DNA of 44,087 nucleotides from Gemmatimonadota bacterium (lineage in GTDB: Bacteria > JBHIER01 > G020348925), in contig CP070758.1 in assembly GCA_020348925.1 (NCBI GenBank), positions 4,417,688 to 4,461,774 of the forward strand. Direction: 5' to 3'. A program made the position numbers and the translations under genes. How positions within the stretch are numbered: position 1 is the first letter of the stretch; each line of letters opens with the position of its first letter. This document shows, one piece after another, positions 9,925-19,478 of this stretch. The notes beneath the pieces were generated by a model, which was given only the letters and a program-made list of their open reading frames with translations, was not told where the DNA came from and made no database searches.

Positions 9925-11160
9925 ATGGAAACAACAGTGAAACAGATACGTGACTGCATTAACGAATTGAAGGACGAAATCGTCGAGTTCACAAGCCGCA
10001 TGATCAGCATCCCGACCGTCAATCCACCAGGTAAAAATTATGGGGAGATCGTCCGGCTATTCAGTGAGAAGCTCTCGCGCATGGGGATCGACTGGCAGGA
10101 GATCCATGTCCCAAAGGAAAGATTGGGAGAGCTTGCACCCAAGGGAGAGGATCTGCCGAGATCCTCCATCGTGGGCCACTGGGGTGAGGGTGAAAAGGAG
10201 GTGCACCTTCACGGCCATTACGATGTCGTGCCGGCTGCCTCCGCCGAACAATTTCACCCTCGTGTATCAAACGGCAGATTGTACGGACGCGGAGCCGCTG
10301 ACATGAAGGGAGGGCTGGCCGTCATCCTGTTTACGCTTCAGACACTCATGAAGTGCGAAACAAAACTCAACGGTACTCTCTCGTTCTCCTTCACCCCGGA
10401 CGAAGAGACGGGAGGTACGGCAGGATTGAAGTACCTTCTTGATGAAGGACACATTAACCGGAACATAATGGGTGTCCTTGATCCCGAACCCTCCGGCGGT
10501 GATATCATAAACGGCAGCAGGGGGGCTCTCTCTTTTGATGTCGTTTTTAAGGGCAGGCCAAGCCACGTCATGCTACAACACTTGGGAGTGAACGCATTCG
10601 AAAAAATGATCGAGGTTGCCGATGCTTTCAAGGTTTTGAGGCAAGAGATAGAGGGCAGGAGGACGGCGTACAGAACAAAGCCTCCGGAGGCGAACCGTTC
10701 GACGCTACTGCTTGGTGGACTCAGTGGGGGTGGGACGAACTTCAATATTGTTCCGGACCGGGCCTTCTTTACCGTGGACCGAAGATTCAATCCGGAAGAG
10801 AAAATAGAGGATGTTAAGAAAGAGCTCGAGGAACGGTTGTCATTTTTTCGACAAGAGGGCATCGAAATCGAAACGCACGTCTTCCAGGAGGGCAGTGCAT
10901 CCTATACGAATGAAGATGAGCCCCTGTGTCAAATTCTATCACAGGTCGTAGGAAGCGTAAAAGGAAGGAAGCCTGAATTTTTTCTATGTCCGGGATTACT
11001 GGAAACTCGGTTTTTTGTGGAGACGGGAATTCCTGCTGTGATATTCGGACCTGGTCTTCTGGAGGAGGCTCACGGTCCGAATGAGTTCGTCTCAATTGAT
11101 GACATCTTTGACTGTATTGAGATTTTTGCTCTGACCGCTCTCGAGCTTTTGGGGAGGTAG
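9925..11160 (+). CDS. M20/ArgE/DapE-family metallo-amidohydrolase
   Basis: PTVNPPG, HGHYDVV, GRGAADMKGG, DEETGG, EPS, AHGPNE. Confidence 0.9.
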   Translation: METTVKQIRDCINELKDEIVEFTSRMISIPTVNPPGKNYGEIVRLFSEKLSRMGIDWQEIHVPKERLGELAPKGEDLPRSSIVGHWGEGEKEVHLHGHYDVVPAASAEQFHPRVSNGRLYGRGAADMKGGLAVILFTLQTLMKCETKLNGTLSFSFTPDEETGGTAGLKYLLDEGHINRNIMGVLDPEPSGGDIINGSRGALSFDVVFKGRPSHVMLQHLGVNAFEKMIEVADAFKVLRQEIEGRRTAYRTKPPEANRSTLLLGGLSGGGTNFNIVPDRAFFTVDRRFNPEEKIEDVKKELEERLSFFRQEGIEIETHVFQEGSASYTNEDEPLCQILSQVVGSVKGRKPEFFLCPGLLETRFFVETGIPAVIFGPGLLEEAHGPNEFVSIDDIFDCIEIFALTALELLGR

Positions 11161-11175
11161 GATCCCCCACTGAAA

Positions 11176-11595
11176 TTAGTGAAAACTGTCGACTGCTTTG
11201 CCGGACGAATCGAAAATCTCAAAGACCGTGTTCAACTTTGTAATCTGAAGATAATATTTCACTTTGTCCGACGGGCTGGCAAATTTCATATTGCCACCCA
11301 TGCGGCGAAGGGTAGTAAAACAGCCCATAATAACTCCGATTCCGGCACTGTTTATCCAAGTCACCTTCCCAAAGTCCATCACAATCTTCATGATCCCTTC
11401 GTTCATGAGCTGGCGCAGAGTATCGCATAATGTCGTTGTCTCATCCCCTCCCATAATTTTCCCCTCGGGATGGACAACGACGATGTCCTTTTCAATCCGC
11501 TCGACCATCTCGATGGATCCTGATGTCCCATTGCACTCAGGACTTTCAACTGAGTCTTTGGCCGCCTCTCCCTCTTGTCTCTTTTTAAACCACAT
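11176..11595 (-). CDS. STAS-domain anti-sigma factor antagonist
   Basis: GKIMGG, DFGKVTWINSAGIG (phospho-Ser motif), ITKLNTVFEIFDS; extra N-terminal extension. Confidence 0.88.
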   Translation of the reverse strand: MWFKKRQEGEAAKDSVESPECNGTSGSIEMVERIEKDIVVVHPEGKIMGGDETTTLCDTLRQLMNEGIMKIVMDFGKVTWINSAGIGVIMGCFTTLRRMGGNMKFASPSDKVKYYLQITKLNTVFEIFDSSGKAVDSFH

Positions 11596-11687
11596 GGAAT
11601 TCACTTCCAAATGTCAAGATTGAAAGTGTCATAAGGGCAAACGTTATGTCCCACGCCCTAATATTGCTGAAAGCCGGTAAGTGGTCA

Positions 11688-12029
11688 TTACTTCATAAAA
11701 CTGCCCACCGCTTTATCAGTGCTTTCGTACGTTTCAAAAATAGTAATCAGCTTGGTGATCATGAAAAGGCTCTGAATGCGATCGCTGACGTTTGCCAGTT
11801 TCATATCGCCCTCAGCGCTTTTCATTGTCGTCATGCTCCCCATCAGCACTCCCAGGCCGGAACTGTTGATCCACTTGACCCCGCCGAGGTCAATGACGAG
11901 TTTTTTATGGCCTTTCCCAACGATCTCTCGCACCTTATCATGCACGGCCGTTGTCTCAGGACCGCCCATCAAATTACCGCTCACACTGATAATGGCGACG
12001 TCTCCATCAAATTTTTCCTTAACCGACAT
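11688..12029 (-). CDS. STAS-domain anti-sigma factor antagonist
   Basis: GNLMGG, DLGGVKWINSSGLGVL, ITKLITIFETYE; SD GGAGG upstream. Confidence 0.92.
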   Translation of the reverse strand: MSVKEKFDGDVAIISVSGNLMGGPETTAVHDKVREIVGKGHKKLVIDLGGVKWINSSGLGVLMGSMTTMKSAEGDMKLANVSDRIQSLFMITKLITIFETYESTDKAVGSFMK

Positions 12030-12089
12030 GCGATCCTCCTTCCGTCTTACGTTTTTATTTTCCTCGAATTCAAACGTTCAAAGATGAAC

Positions 12090-12647
12090 TTATTTGCCCA
12101 ATAAAAATGTGATTCCTGCAAAGATTCCGAAATAGTCCGCTCCGTTTACGTGATATTTTGCCTCAGCGATGCCCTTCATGGTCGGTGAGAGTGGATATTC
12201 CAGGCCTCCTACAAAGTGTAACCCAAAATCAGTATCAGAGGCTGAATCATCGTAATTCTCGGTCTCCCACTTCGAACGACCGATTGTGAGTCCTAATCCC
12301 CCACCGGCATAAGGTTCGATTATTGATTTTGTCTTGAAAAAGTATTTGGCGGTAGCCCCTATGATAATTTCCGTCCAATTCCACTCCGCCTTACCGTACA
12401 GCGGAGTTCCAGAATCGTAGGATTTTCTCCAATAATCAATCAAGGCGCTCAAGTGTATATCTTTTGTGATCTGACCTAAATCCGCATGAACCCCAAGTCC
12501 GAAAGTGCTTTCAATGGGGTCCTCCGGCATGACAAGACCGATTTTTCCTCCGATGCTATACAACCCGATATTGCTCCCCGCCATAACAGCAGATCCAAAA
12601 GACAGGCTCAGTAGAACAACAACCGTACAAAAGAACAATACTCGCAT
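12090..12647 (-). CDS. Small outer-membrane beta-barrel protein (OmpA/OmpW-like, 8-strand)
   Basis: Signal peptide, alternating hydrophobic strands, PYAGGGLG motif, C-terminal strand. Confidence 0.8.
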   Translation of the reverse strand: MRVLFFCTVVVLLSLSFGSAVMAGSNIGLYSIGGKIGLVMPEDPIESTFGLGVHADLGQITKDIHLSALIDYWRKSYDSGTPLYGKAEWNWTEIIIGATAKYFFKTKSIIEPYAGGGLGLTIGRSKWETENYDDSASDTDFGLHFVGGLEYPLSPTMKGIAEAKYHVNGADYFGIFAGITFLLGK

Positions 12648-12708
12648 CGCCCCTCCTCGTGTTTAAACCATTGATGGTTATACAGGCAAATTGTAATAAC
12701 ACGTCATA

Positions 12709-12737
12709 AGTATAATTTGTCCTTGCAGTTCTGTCAA
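12709..12737 (-). promoter_or_regulatory. sigma70 promoter for OMP-STAS-STAS unit
   Basis: Minus strand TTGACA-N17-TATACT. Confidence 0.75.
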
Positions 12738-12854
12738 GGAAAAACTTTAAGACAGAAGGGGAAAGTGGATTCAACGGCCATGCTTCTCAATTTTAATACA
12801 GTGAGAGCGTTGTATCTTCGCTCCGCCTCCTCATGTGAATTTCAAGGATATACC

Positions 12855-13727
12855 TCACCACAGGGTAAGTGATGCCTGATGCGTCAATCCCAGAACGGAA
12901 TGTGAGGAGAAGGCGTAGTCCAAACGGTACCGACTGAAGTAGAATCCAATCCCAGTTGTGAAATCCGTAGGATTCGTCTGCAATCCGATTCGCAGAGCGA
13001 ATACGTTTGAGAATCGATACTCCTGACCAGCGTGAAATTGAACTCCGGACCTTGATTCCGACTGTACCTCAGCAGTGAGAATGAGTCTACCCGTGGAACT
13101 GCTCCGAAGCCCGATACTGATGAGATTCGGTATATGTTCATGGACTTTACCGATATGGGGATTGGTCACATTTGTGATAAAAAATCCTCCGTACAATTGG
13201 CGCCCTAATTCGAGGAGGCAGCCCAGATCGATCCCGTATGCGAAAGTTGAACCGTATCGGTCGATTGTGAGATTGAAGATCTTAAGCGTTGCTCCTAAAC
13301 AGAGTCCTCCTGAGAGTGTCCTGCTGTGACACAGACCGAAGGTATTTTCTCTGTAGACTTTTGTTCCGAATGTTTTCAGCCCTACCCCCCACCTGCCCCA
13401 TGGGGTAGGTTGTGTATATCCCGCAGAGCCGAGAGTTAGTTCTTTTATTCCGAACGGACGAGAGACAAAGGTGCTGAACATTCGTCCCGAAACTTGCTCC
13501 AAACCTGCCGGATTCCAAAAAAGAGCTTCAGGATCATCAGCCAATGCAACATAAGCCCCGCCCATTCCTGCCGGACGTGCTCCAATCATCATATGTTCGA
13601 AAGCACTCCAGCCGCATGAGGTGCATGATACGGTGAGGGTCATGACCAAAAGCGAGCGATAGGGCCCAAGGAAACCATGAATCATTAGCCTCATACCTTT
13701 CCGCTCAGCCGATATGAAAATGCTCAC
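12855..13727 (-). CDS. PorV/PorQ-like (FadL-like) outer-membrane barrel protein
   Basis: GARPAGMGGAYVALADDPEALFWNPAGL, ...ALRIG..., RLDYAF..H..LG.TH..SL. Exact start uncertain. Confidence 0.78.
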   Translation of the reverse strand: MSIFISAERKGMRLMIHGFLGPYRSLLVMTLTVSCTSCGWSAFEHMMIGARPAGMGGAYVALADDPEALFWNPAGLEQVSGRMFSTFVSRPFGIKELTLGSAGYTQPTPWGRWGVGLKTFGTKVYRENTFGLCHSRTLSGGLCLGATLKIFNLTIDRYGSTFAYGIDLGCLLELGRQLYGGFFITNVTNPHIGKVHEHIPNLISIGLRSSSTGRLILTAEVQSESRSGVQFHAGQEYRFSNVFALRIGLQTNPTDFTTGIGFYFSRYRLDYAFSSHSVLGLTHQASLTLW

Positions 13728-13884
13728 AGTATTGCTATGAATCAGGAATTTTGGGGTAGGCTTTCACTCCAAGGAGTTAAACGGTCACTCCGGTAATTCC
13801 TGTCTCTAAAATTCTCAAGCCTTACTGTATACGTTTTCCTGATGAAAAAAGACGAAACGCCTAACAATTCAAAACAGTTCGATG

Positions 13885-14757
13885 CTATTGAGGAACCATT
13901 TCTCGGTGTTGTTCCTGCATCTCCTGAATTCTGTTCTGTAATGTCTTCTGTTGTCTCTCTAGAGTCAACAATTCTGGGTCCGGTTCAATCTTTTCGCTCT
14001 TTTTGCTCTCAATGTTCCTTCGAATTACACCGGCTTTTTCCTGAATTCGGATGGCAATGATCCGAACTTTCGCCGGTTCTCCTCCAGTCCTCTGGAGGTC
14101 CAAGGCCAAGGCATCCAAGTCGGCAGCCCGCTGTTCCATTACGGCCTTTTTTACCGTCCAAATTTCTCTTTCGATCGATGATGATCCAACAGTCTGAGCC
14201 TCTGAGTGGATTTGAGTCCGAAGACCTTCGGCCTGATTCTTCAAATCAGTGGCAATGATGCGTATCTGTGTGGGCGTTTTAAAAACTTGACGCAATGTAT
14301 TGCCTAAATTTTCAATTTCATTGGCGTGATTCTCCAACATTTGGAGTATTTGGACTCGAGTTTTTTTCCTCTGGCTCTCCTCTTTTTGTAACTCAACGAT
14401 CCTTCCCTGAATCTCTTTCAATTTTTGCTGGAGATCCTTTATCGCCTGACTCAGTTCTTCGCGTCGACGCGTCCGACTTTCCGTTTGTCCCGCTTTAGGG
14501 GTACTAGACCCTTGCGCAGTCTGGGCCTGCTGAGGTTGCTCTTTCGTCGCCACGGGCGGTGGTGCTTTTGGCTCCTCTCTCGATTCTACAACAGGATTTG
14601 CTTCTGATTCTACAATTCCCACATACTCCTCGGATGTTTGAGAAACAGAAGAGAGTTTTTGTCTGCGACTCCACTCGCTTACGATCACAAAGGCGGCGAT
14701 CACAACAGTAATTCCGATAATGATTACTACTGTGTGTCTCTTACAAAAATTAACCAT
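13885..14757 (-). CDS. Hypothetical membrane-anchored coiled-coil protein
   Basis: N-terminal TM helix, P/Q/E-rich linker, long heptad-rich region; own sigma70 promoter. Confidence 0.75.
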   Translation of the reverse strand: MVNFCKRHTVVIIIGITVVIAAFVIVSEWSRRQKLSSVSQTSEEYVGIVESEANPVVESREEPKAPPPVATKEQPQQAQTAQGSSTPKAGQTESRTRRREELSQAIKDLQQKLKEIQGRIVELQKEESQRKKTRVQILQMLENHANEIENLGNTLRQVFKTPTQIRIIATDLKNQAEGLRTQIHSEAQTVGSSSIEREIWTVKKAVMEQRAADLDALALDLQRTGGEPAKVRIIAIRIQEKAGVIRRNIESKKSEKIEPDPELLTLERQQKTLQNRIQEMQEQHREMVPQ

Positions 14758-14837
14758 TCAGTTTAACCCTCTGTATAATCATGTTCCTGATTTCTACCAT
14801 GATCCCAAAATTTCTTAGGACATCTTCAATCGTCTAT

Positions 14838-14866
14838 AGTATAATACTTTCTTTGGAAAGAGTCAA
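14838..14866 (-). promoter_or_regulatory. sigma70 promoter
   Basis: Minus strand TTGACT-N17-TATACT. Confidence 0.7.
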
Positions 14867-14964
14867 CTCAAAAGGGAATTGAAACCGGTGGTGGGGCATC
14901 AATATTTTATCCGCATCCCTTTTTTGTGGGAAGGAATTCGTTGTTCGACCCATTATCGTAACCA

Positions 14965-16500
14965 CTAAGTGATAACCCTAAAAACATTTACATCGAATTT
15001 ATCGGGATGGAGACACTTTAAGATCGTACGCACAAATGTCCCTGTTTCAGCCTCTCTCTCGCTCAAGTCCACAGTTTTCCCTTTTATTTCATTACCGCTT
15101 TTATCAGCGATCACTTTCACGATAGGTCTATCTAAAAAGGTCGGATTTCCATGGGTCTGCACAACCACGGCCAATTCTCCACTGTCAAGAACAACGAATG
15201 ATCCAATAGGGTATAATCCGACCGCATTGATGAACAGCTTCATCAAGACCGGGTCAAAATCTTTTCCGCTTTTTTCTATCATTTCCAAAAGAACACAATC
15301 CGGCGTTTCCTTTTGAGATTGATCGGGTTGGGGTGTTGTTGCGACATCGAAATGATCGGCAATGGCGATAATTCTGCTGAAGAGATCGAGTTCCTTTCTC
15401 GGTGACAGGTTGGGATAGCCTGAGATGTCGAACTTCAAATGATGTTCCAAAATTGCCTTCATCGCCCTCACAGGAAGTTCTCCGAGACTCTTCATCTCCA
15501 TCAACATCTCGACACCGTACTGTGGGTGTTTCTCAGTCAGCTCTTTTCCCTCTTCTGAGGAGAGAGCGTCCTTTGAATCGAACTCCGTAGGATGAGGTAT
15601 TTTTCCTAAATCATGGAAAAGAGCCGCTAAGCCCAATTCTCGAAGGGCGTTCTTTTCCAATCCCACTTTCTGACCAAGGGCTACTGCCAAGATGCAGACA
15701 TTGACCGAATGATTTAGAATATATTTATCGTAGTGCTTCATCGTTGTCAAACCGATTAAATACGATTCGTCTTCCGCTATAAGATCAACAAGGGATTGGA
15801 CAAGCCGCTTGACTCTTCTTATGCCAATTTTCTGTTCCGATTTGCCCTTAAACATAATTCCCTTGAGATTGTAAATGCATTCGAAAAAGGTCTTCTTCGC
15901 CTGGCGACGAATCCCCATGAGATGCTCTTCCGCCGATCGTTTCGACGCAGCGGAGAACTTATGTATTGAGATCCGTTCGATATTCTCGGTTCTGAATTGA
16001 TTTTGAAATTCTTCAAAGGTGATATTTTGGCGCTCCTCATGGGCTAAAAGTTGAAGAAAGCAACCGAGCTCCTCTTTTGTCAAACCATAATCGAAAAAAA
16101 CCCCTTCAGTATTTCGTCTCTTCAGAGCGTCGATGATGAATTTCGTGTGCATGTAATTCTGAAACTCTGTTTTTATCTTGACCCGGTTGAAGAATAGGCA
16201 GTGCATGTAAACTTCAAGGGAGACAACATCCTCATTTTGAAAGAGTGACGCGAAGGTGGTCATTAATTTATCGATCTGTTTTTGAAATCCATCGTTGTCG
16301 GAATCATACAACTTTCTCGCCTTGATTGCCGTATGAAGCTGATTAATGAGAAGGTTCCCCTCTCTCAAATGTGCCTTTTCATCGAAATCAAGCAGGTCCA
16401 AATGTAAACCTCCTGCTTCGTACTGTTTCTGGTCGGTTTTTGCTATCATCGGATACTCCATCTCTCCTGGCGATATTGTGGGTGCGGTCTTCTCTTTCAT
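14965..16500 (-). CDS. HD-GYP domain protein (cyclic dinucleotide phosphodiesterase family)
   Basis: HSVNV, LFHDLGK, EHHLKFDISGYP, SRIIAIADHFD, FDP, GLYPIGS. Confidence 0.88.
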   Translation of the reverse strand: MKEKTAPTISPGEMEYPMIAKTDQKQYEAGGLHLDLLDFDEKAHLREGNLLINQLHTAIKARKLYDSDNDGFQKQIDKLMTTFASLFQNEDVVSLEVYMHCLFFNRVKIKTEFQNYMHTKFIIDALKRRNTEGVFFDYGLTKEELGCFLQLLAHEERQNITFEEFQNQFRTENIERISIHKFSAASKRSAEEHLMGIRRQAKKTFFECIYNLKGIMFKGKSEQKIGIRRVKRLVQSLVDLIAEDESYLIGLTTMKHYDKYILNHSVNVCILAVALGQKVGLEKNALRELGLAALFHDLGKIPHPTEFDSKDALSSEEGKELTEKHPQYGVEMLMEMKSLGELPVRAMKAILEHHLKFDISGYPNLSPRKELDLFSRIIAIADHFDVATTPQPDQSQKETPDCVLLEMIEKSGKDFDPVLMKLFINAVGLYPIGSFVVLDSGELAVVVQTHGNPTFLDRPIVKVIADKSGNEIKGKTVDLSEREAETGTFVRTILKCLHPDKFDVNVFRVIT

Positions 16501-16502
16501 GA

Positions 16503-18251
16503 TTATTGCTGAGCTTCCTGAAGTGCGGTCATACAGGCACTTTTTATCAGATACGAAGAATCATGGCTGTATTTATTCAAAAGGTGATAGGTTATATCAG
16601 AATAGTGTGGACCAAGGGCCAAAGCTGCACATATACGAGTTTCACTATGTCTTTTTCGATGGATAACGAACTTTTTCTTCATAAACGCCTCCAGAATTTG
16701 AACGCATTGTTGGGAACCGACGCTCCCCAGTATCGATAACAACGCTTTTTTCTCTCTGAAGCGCCTGGCATGGAACGTTTTTCTTCGGATGACATCTAAA
16801 AGGGGTTCAATATTATGGCCGTCACTAATGGACTCAAGGCTTTCGGCAGCCAACGCGCGAACCTCATGATCTTTATCCGTCAAGAAATCTATTAACACTT
16901 TTTGAGCCTTTTCATTTGCGATATGCTTCAAGGCCAGAATTGTTTCTTCCCTGACTCCCTTGAGATTGTGCTTTCTAAACGTTTGGAGAAGCTCAGGTCC
17001 ATTTTCATCCCCTGTTTTCCCCAAAACAGATACAAGTTGTCTGGCCACCGTCTCCGAGGCATTCTCAATGGGCCGAATCAAACGCGGTGCCTGTTCTCGT
17101 GCCAACGTCTCAAGCCCTTGACAGATCGTCGCTCGTATTTTCGAAGATTTGATCTCCTCAAGAAGGAAACATATCGAGCCGATCGCCGTGGGACGAAGTT
17201 CGGCAACGAACGTACAGAGATCATGGGATTCACAGGGAAGTTGAGCCTTCAAACCAAACCGGAATAAATTCATTTTCTCCCCCTCTGAGAACCCTCGTAA
17301 CAAGACTTCAGCAAACCGAGCTTTCGATGGAAAACTCCTTTCATGTTCCTCTGAAAATTTCGAAAGCTGCTTTATGATGACGTTCAAGGGAGCATAAACA
17401 CACTTGGTTAACAACTCATCAGAATACTCCTCCATGAGCTTAAATACCGGCATATATCGATCTTCATCATCTTCGAGGCGCAACACATCGAAAATAATAG
17501 CCACGAGTTCCTCCTCGGCATTGAAGCATTTACCGTGTTTCAATACTCCAAGAAGATCTTCGATTTCTTCGTCTTTAAATGCTTTCAATCGAGACAGAAT
17601 CATGGAATTGAGTCTTTGCTCCTTCAAATCAAAATCCGAAAGGCATTCTTCAATCCCTGATCGCCTCTCAAGAACAGCATCCGTTTCGTCCTGAGAATCA
17701 AACACAGATTTTTGAGAATCGAAATCGGAGAGAGCATGTTCAACACTTTCAATCTCTTGGTCTGGGATTTCATCGATAGCATAATAATGGATGTGGTCAA
17801 AATCTCTTGCCCAGAAAAGGCTCACAATATCTCTCTCCGTTTGAGGCAAACCGGCATTGATTTTTAAGGCCTCGAGAAAGCCTCTGATCTCCTGGTAGGT
17901 GAGTCCCTTTTCAAACCTGATTTCGCGGATGCCGTCATTGAAGAGCATAAAAATGAGACTGCTCCGCTTATCTTCCTCTCGATAGATAGATTCGCCTTGA
18001 AAGACTATTTCAGATTCGGTCAACCGAATATCCAGTTGATCGTAGACCTCGAAAAACTCGTCAAACGTTTTATTGAGATTGAGAAGGGTGTTCTGAAAAA
18101 GAGGGTGGTCCGGTGTATACGTCCTCATGGCAGAAAAGGCTTTGTACAACAGAAAAATAAGTACTTCGACACTTAACTCAACAGCCCCTACCTGTTTTTT
18201 CACCTTAAGCTGAGACGCCGGCACTGGCTTTTCCGCAACAATGTTGCTCAT
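16503..18251 (-). CDS. HEAT-repeat protein
   Basis: N-terminal TYTPDHP..LFNDGIREIRF.. domain, then HEAT-like repeats (VREETILAL, EVRALAAESL, TRICAALAL). Ends 2 nt before the HD-GYP gene. Confidence 0.82.
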   Translation of the reverse strand: MSNIVAEKPVPASQLKVKKQVGAVELSVEVLIFLLYKAFSAMRTYTPDHPLFQNTLLNLNKTFDEFFEVYDQLDIRLTESEIVFQGESIYREEDKRSSLIFMLFNDGIREIRFEKGLTYQEIRGFLEALKINAGLPQTERDIVSLFWARDFDHIHYYAIDEIPDQEIESVEHALSDFDSQKSVFDSQDETDAVLERRSGIEECLSDFDLKEQRLNSMILSRLKAFKDEEIEDLLGVLKHGKCFNAEEELVAIIFDVLRLEDDEDRYMPVFKLMEEYSDELLTKCVYAPLNVIIKQLSKFSEEHERSFPSKARFAEVLLRGFSEGEKMNLFRFGLKAQLPCESHDLCTFVAELRPTAIGSICFLLEEIKSSKIRATICQGLETLAREQAPRLIRPIENASETVARQLVSVLGKTGDENGPELLQTFRKHNLKGVREETILALKHIANEKAQKVLIDFLTDKDHEVRALAAESLESISDGHNIEPLLDVIRRKTFHARRFREKKALLSILGSVGSQQCVQILEAFMKKKFVIHRKRHSETRICAALALGPHYSDITYHLLNKYSHDSSYLIKSACMTALQEAQQ

Positions 18252-18410
18252 GGAATGAAGCCCTTTCTCATAGCTCGATATTCTCCCTACAATAAGGACA
18301 AGGGCATGAATTATCCCTTCTCCCTCATCAGACTCACACTAGGATTCCCCACTGAGAGAGTATTTTTGTACAACGTCCAAACGAATACTATCGTACTCTT
18401 TCTATTCAAT

Positions 18411-18428
18411 TTGCAATCTTCGTGCCAA
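18411..18428 (-). promoter_or_regulatory. sigma54 (-24/-12) promoter for HEAT + HD-GYP operon
   Basis: Minus strand TTGGCACGAAGATTGCAA matches consensus TGGCACG-N4-TTGC; AT-rich DNA upstream. Confidence 0.8.
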
Positions 18429-18832
18429 AGGGTGAAAGATCTTGTAAGTATTCTCCAAGTATCTCATCGATGCATTCTTATTGTCTTTTTATTAGAAAAG
18501 ACCGAATGTTTCTTGTCTCCTGTATGTTCGAACATGGCCGTTATGCAACTGATTTTATATTGAAATCAAAATATAACTTCTTGATTAGTAAAATATTAGT
18601 AGTGTGTACCTTTTTTTTACATCAAAAAGATGGCGGGGATTGTTTAACATTCGGGCTTGACATACGTGAGAGTAAAATTTCTTTTTTGTTATACAAGAGG
18701 GTTTGCAATTGAAATTCTTGTTGGAGAATGTTGAACACATTGTTCTGAAAAATGGGGGATATAACCCATGCAGAGCGTGATATAGTCTTTCGGGGGAATT
18801 GGAGCCTGGTACTGTTCTATGTGTCGGATAGT

Positions 18833-19420
18833 TTATTCGTTGAGATCGAGCGTTTTTCTACGTGCCCTAAGTTTTTCGACGATTTTCCTGCGGAGAATAC
18901 CGGCGTAACTCACTATTCGATTGTAATTCTTTACGACGGAGATGGCAAGAAGAACGACAAAGGCCCCGACTAGTATCCAGGTTGGTACGGGGACCAAAGC
19001 CCCAAAGGCCGCCAAAAGGTAGTATCTTGAACCTCTGCCCACAAAGATCGCCACGACGTACTTCAGTTTACTATAATTCGTCGTAATGGCCATAAAGCGG
19101 AAGGGATCGAAGGGAATGGGAGTGAAAGCGGCCGTGATCATACTGACGAAGGCGACCTTGTTGAAAAATTTTCTGAAACTTTGAAATGTCTTCGTCTCTT
19201 TAATACGAGCGACCTTCTTATATTTGAGAAGCTGGGAGAAAACGATATAGTCGATAAGCCCCGCCACGCATGAACCAGCGGCCCCTATGAGAGCCACGAT
19301 CCACGATGGATAATTTTGACCCATGTAAATGACGGTGGGTGGGGTGGGAAGAGGAAAAAACGTGCAGGCCACCATCATATAGAAGAAGTAATAGAGCAAA
19401 CCGTGTTCAGTCAGGTCCAT
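18833..19420 (-). CDS. DedA/VTT (YqaA-like) membrane protein
   Basis: FFPLPTP, AAFTPIPFDPF, GRGSRY; hydrophobic profile. Confidence 0.8.
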   Translation of the reverse strand: MDLTEHGLLYYFFYMMVACTFFPLPTPPTVIYMGQNYPSWIVALIGAAGSCVAGLIDYIVFSQLLKYKKVARIKETKTFQSFRKFFNKVAFVSMITAAFTPIPFDPFRFMAITTNYSKLKYVVAIFVGRGSRYYLLAAFGALVPVPTWILVGAFVVLLAISVVKNYNRIVSYAGILRRKIVEKLRARRKTLDLNE

Positions 19421-19478
19421 TCTCTATTTTTTCCCTGAGGTACTTATCGCGCTCCCCGTGATTTTTATCGAGGTATGT

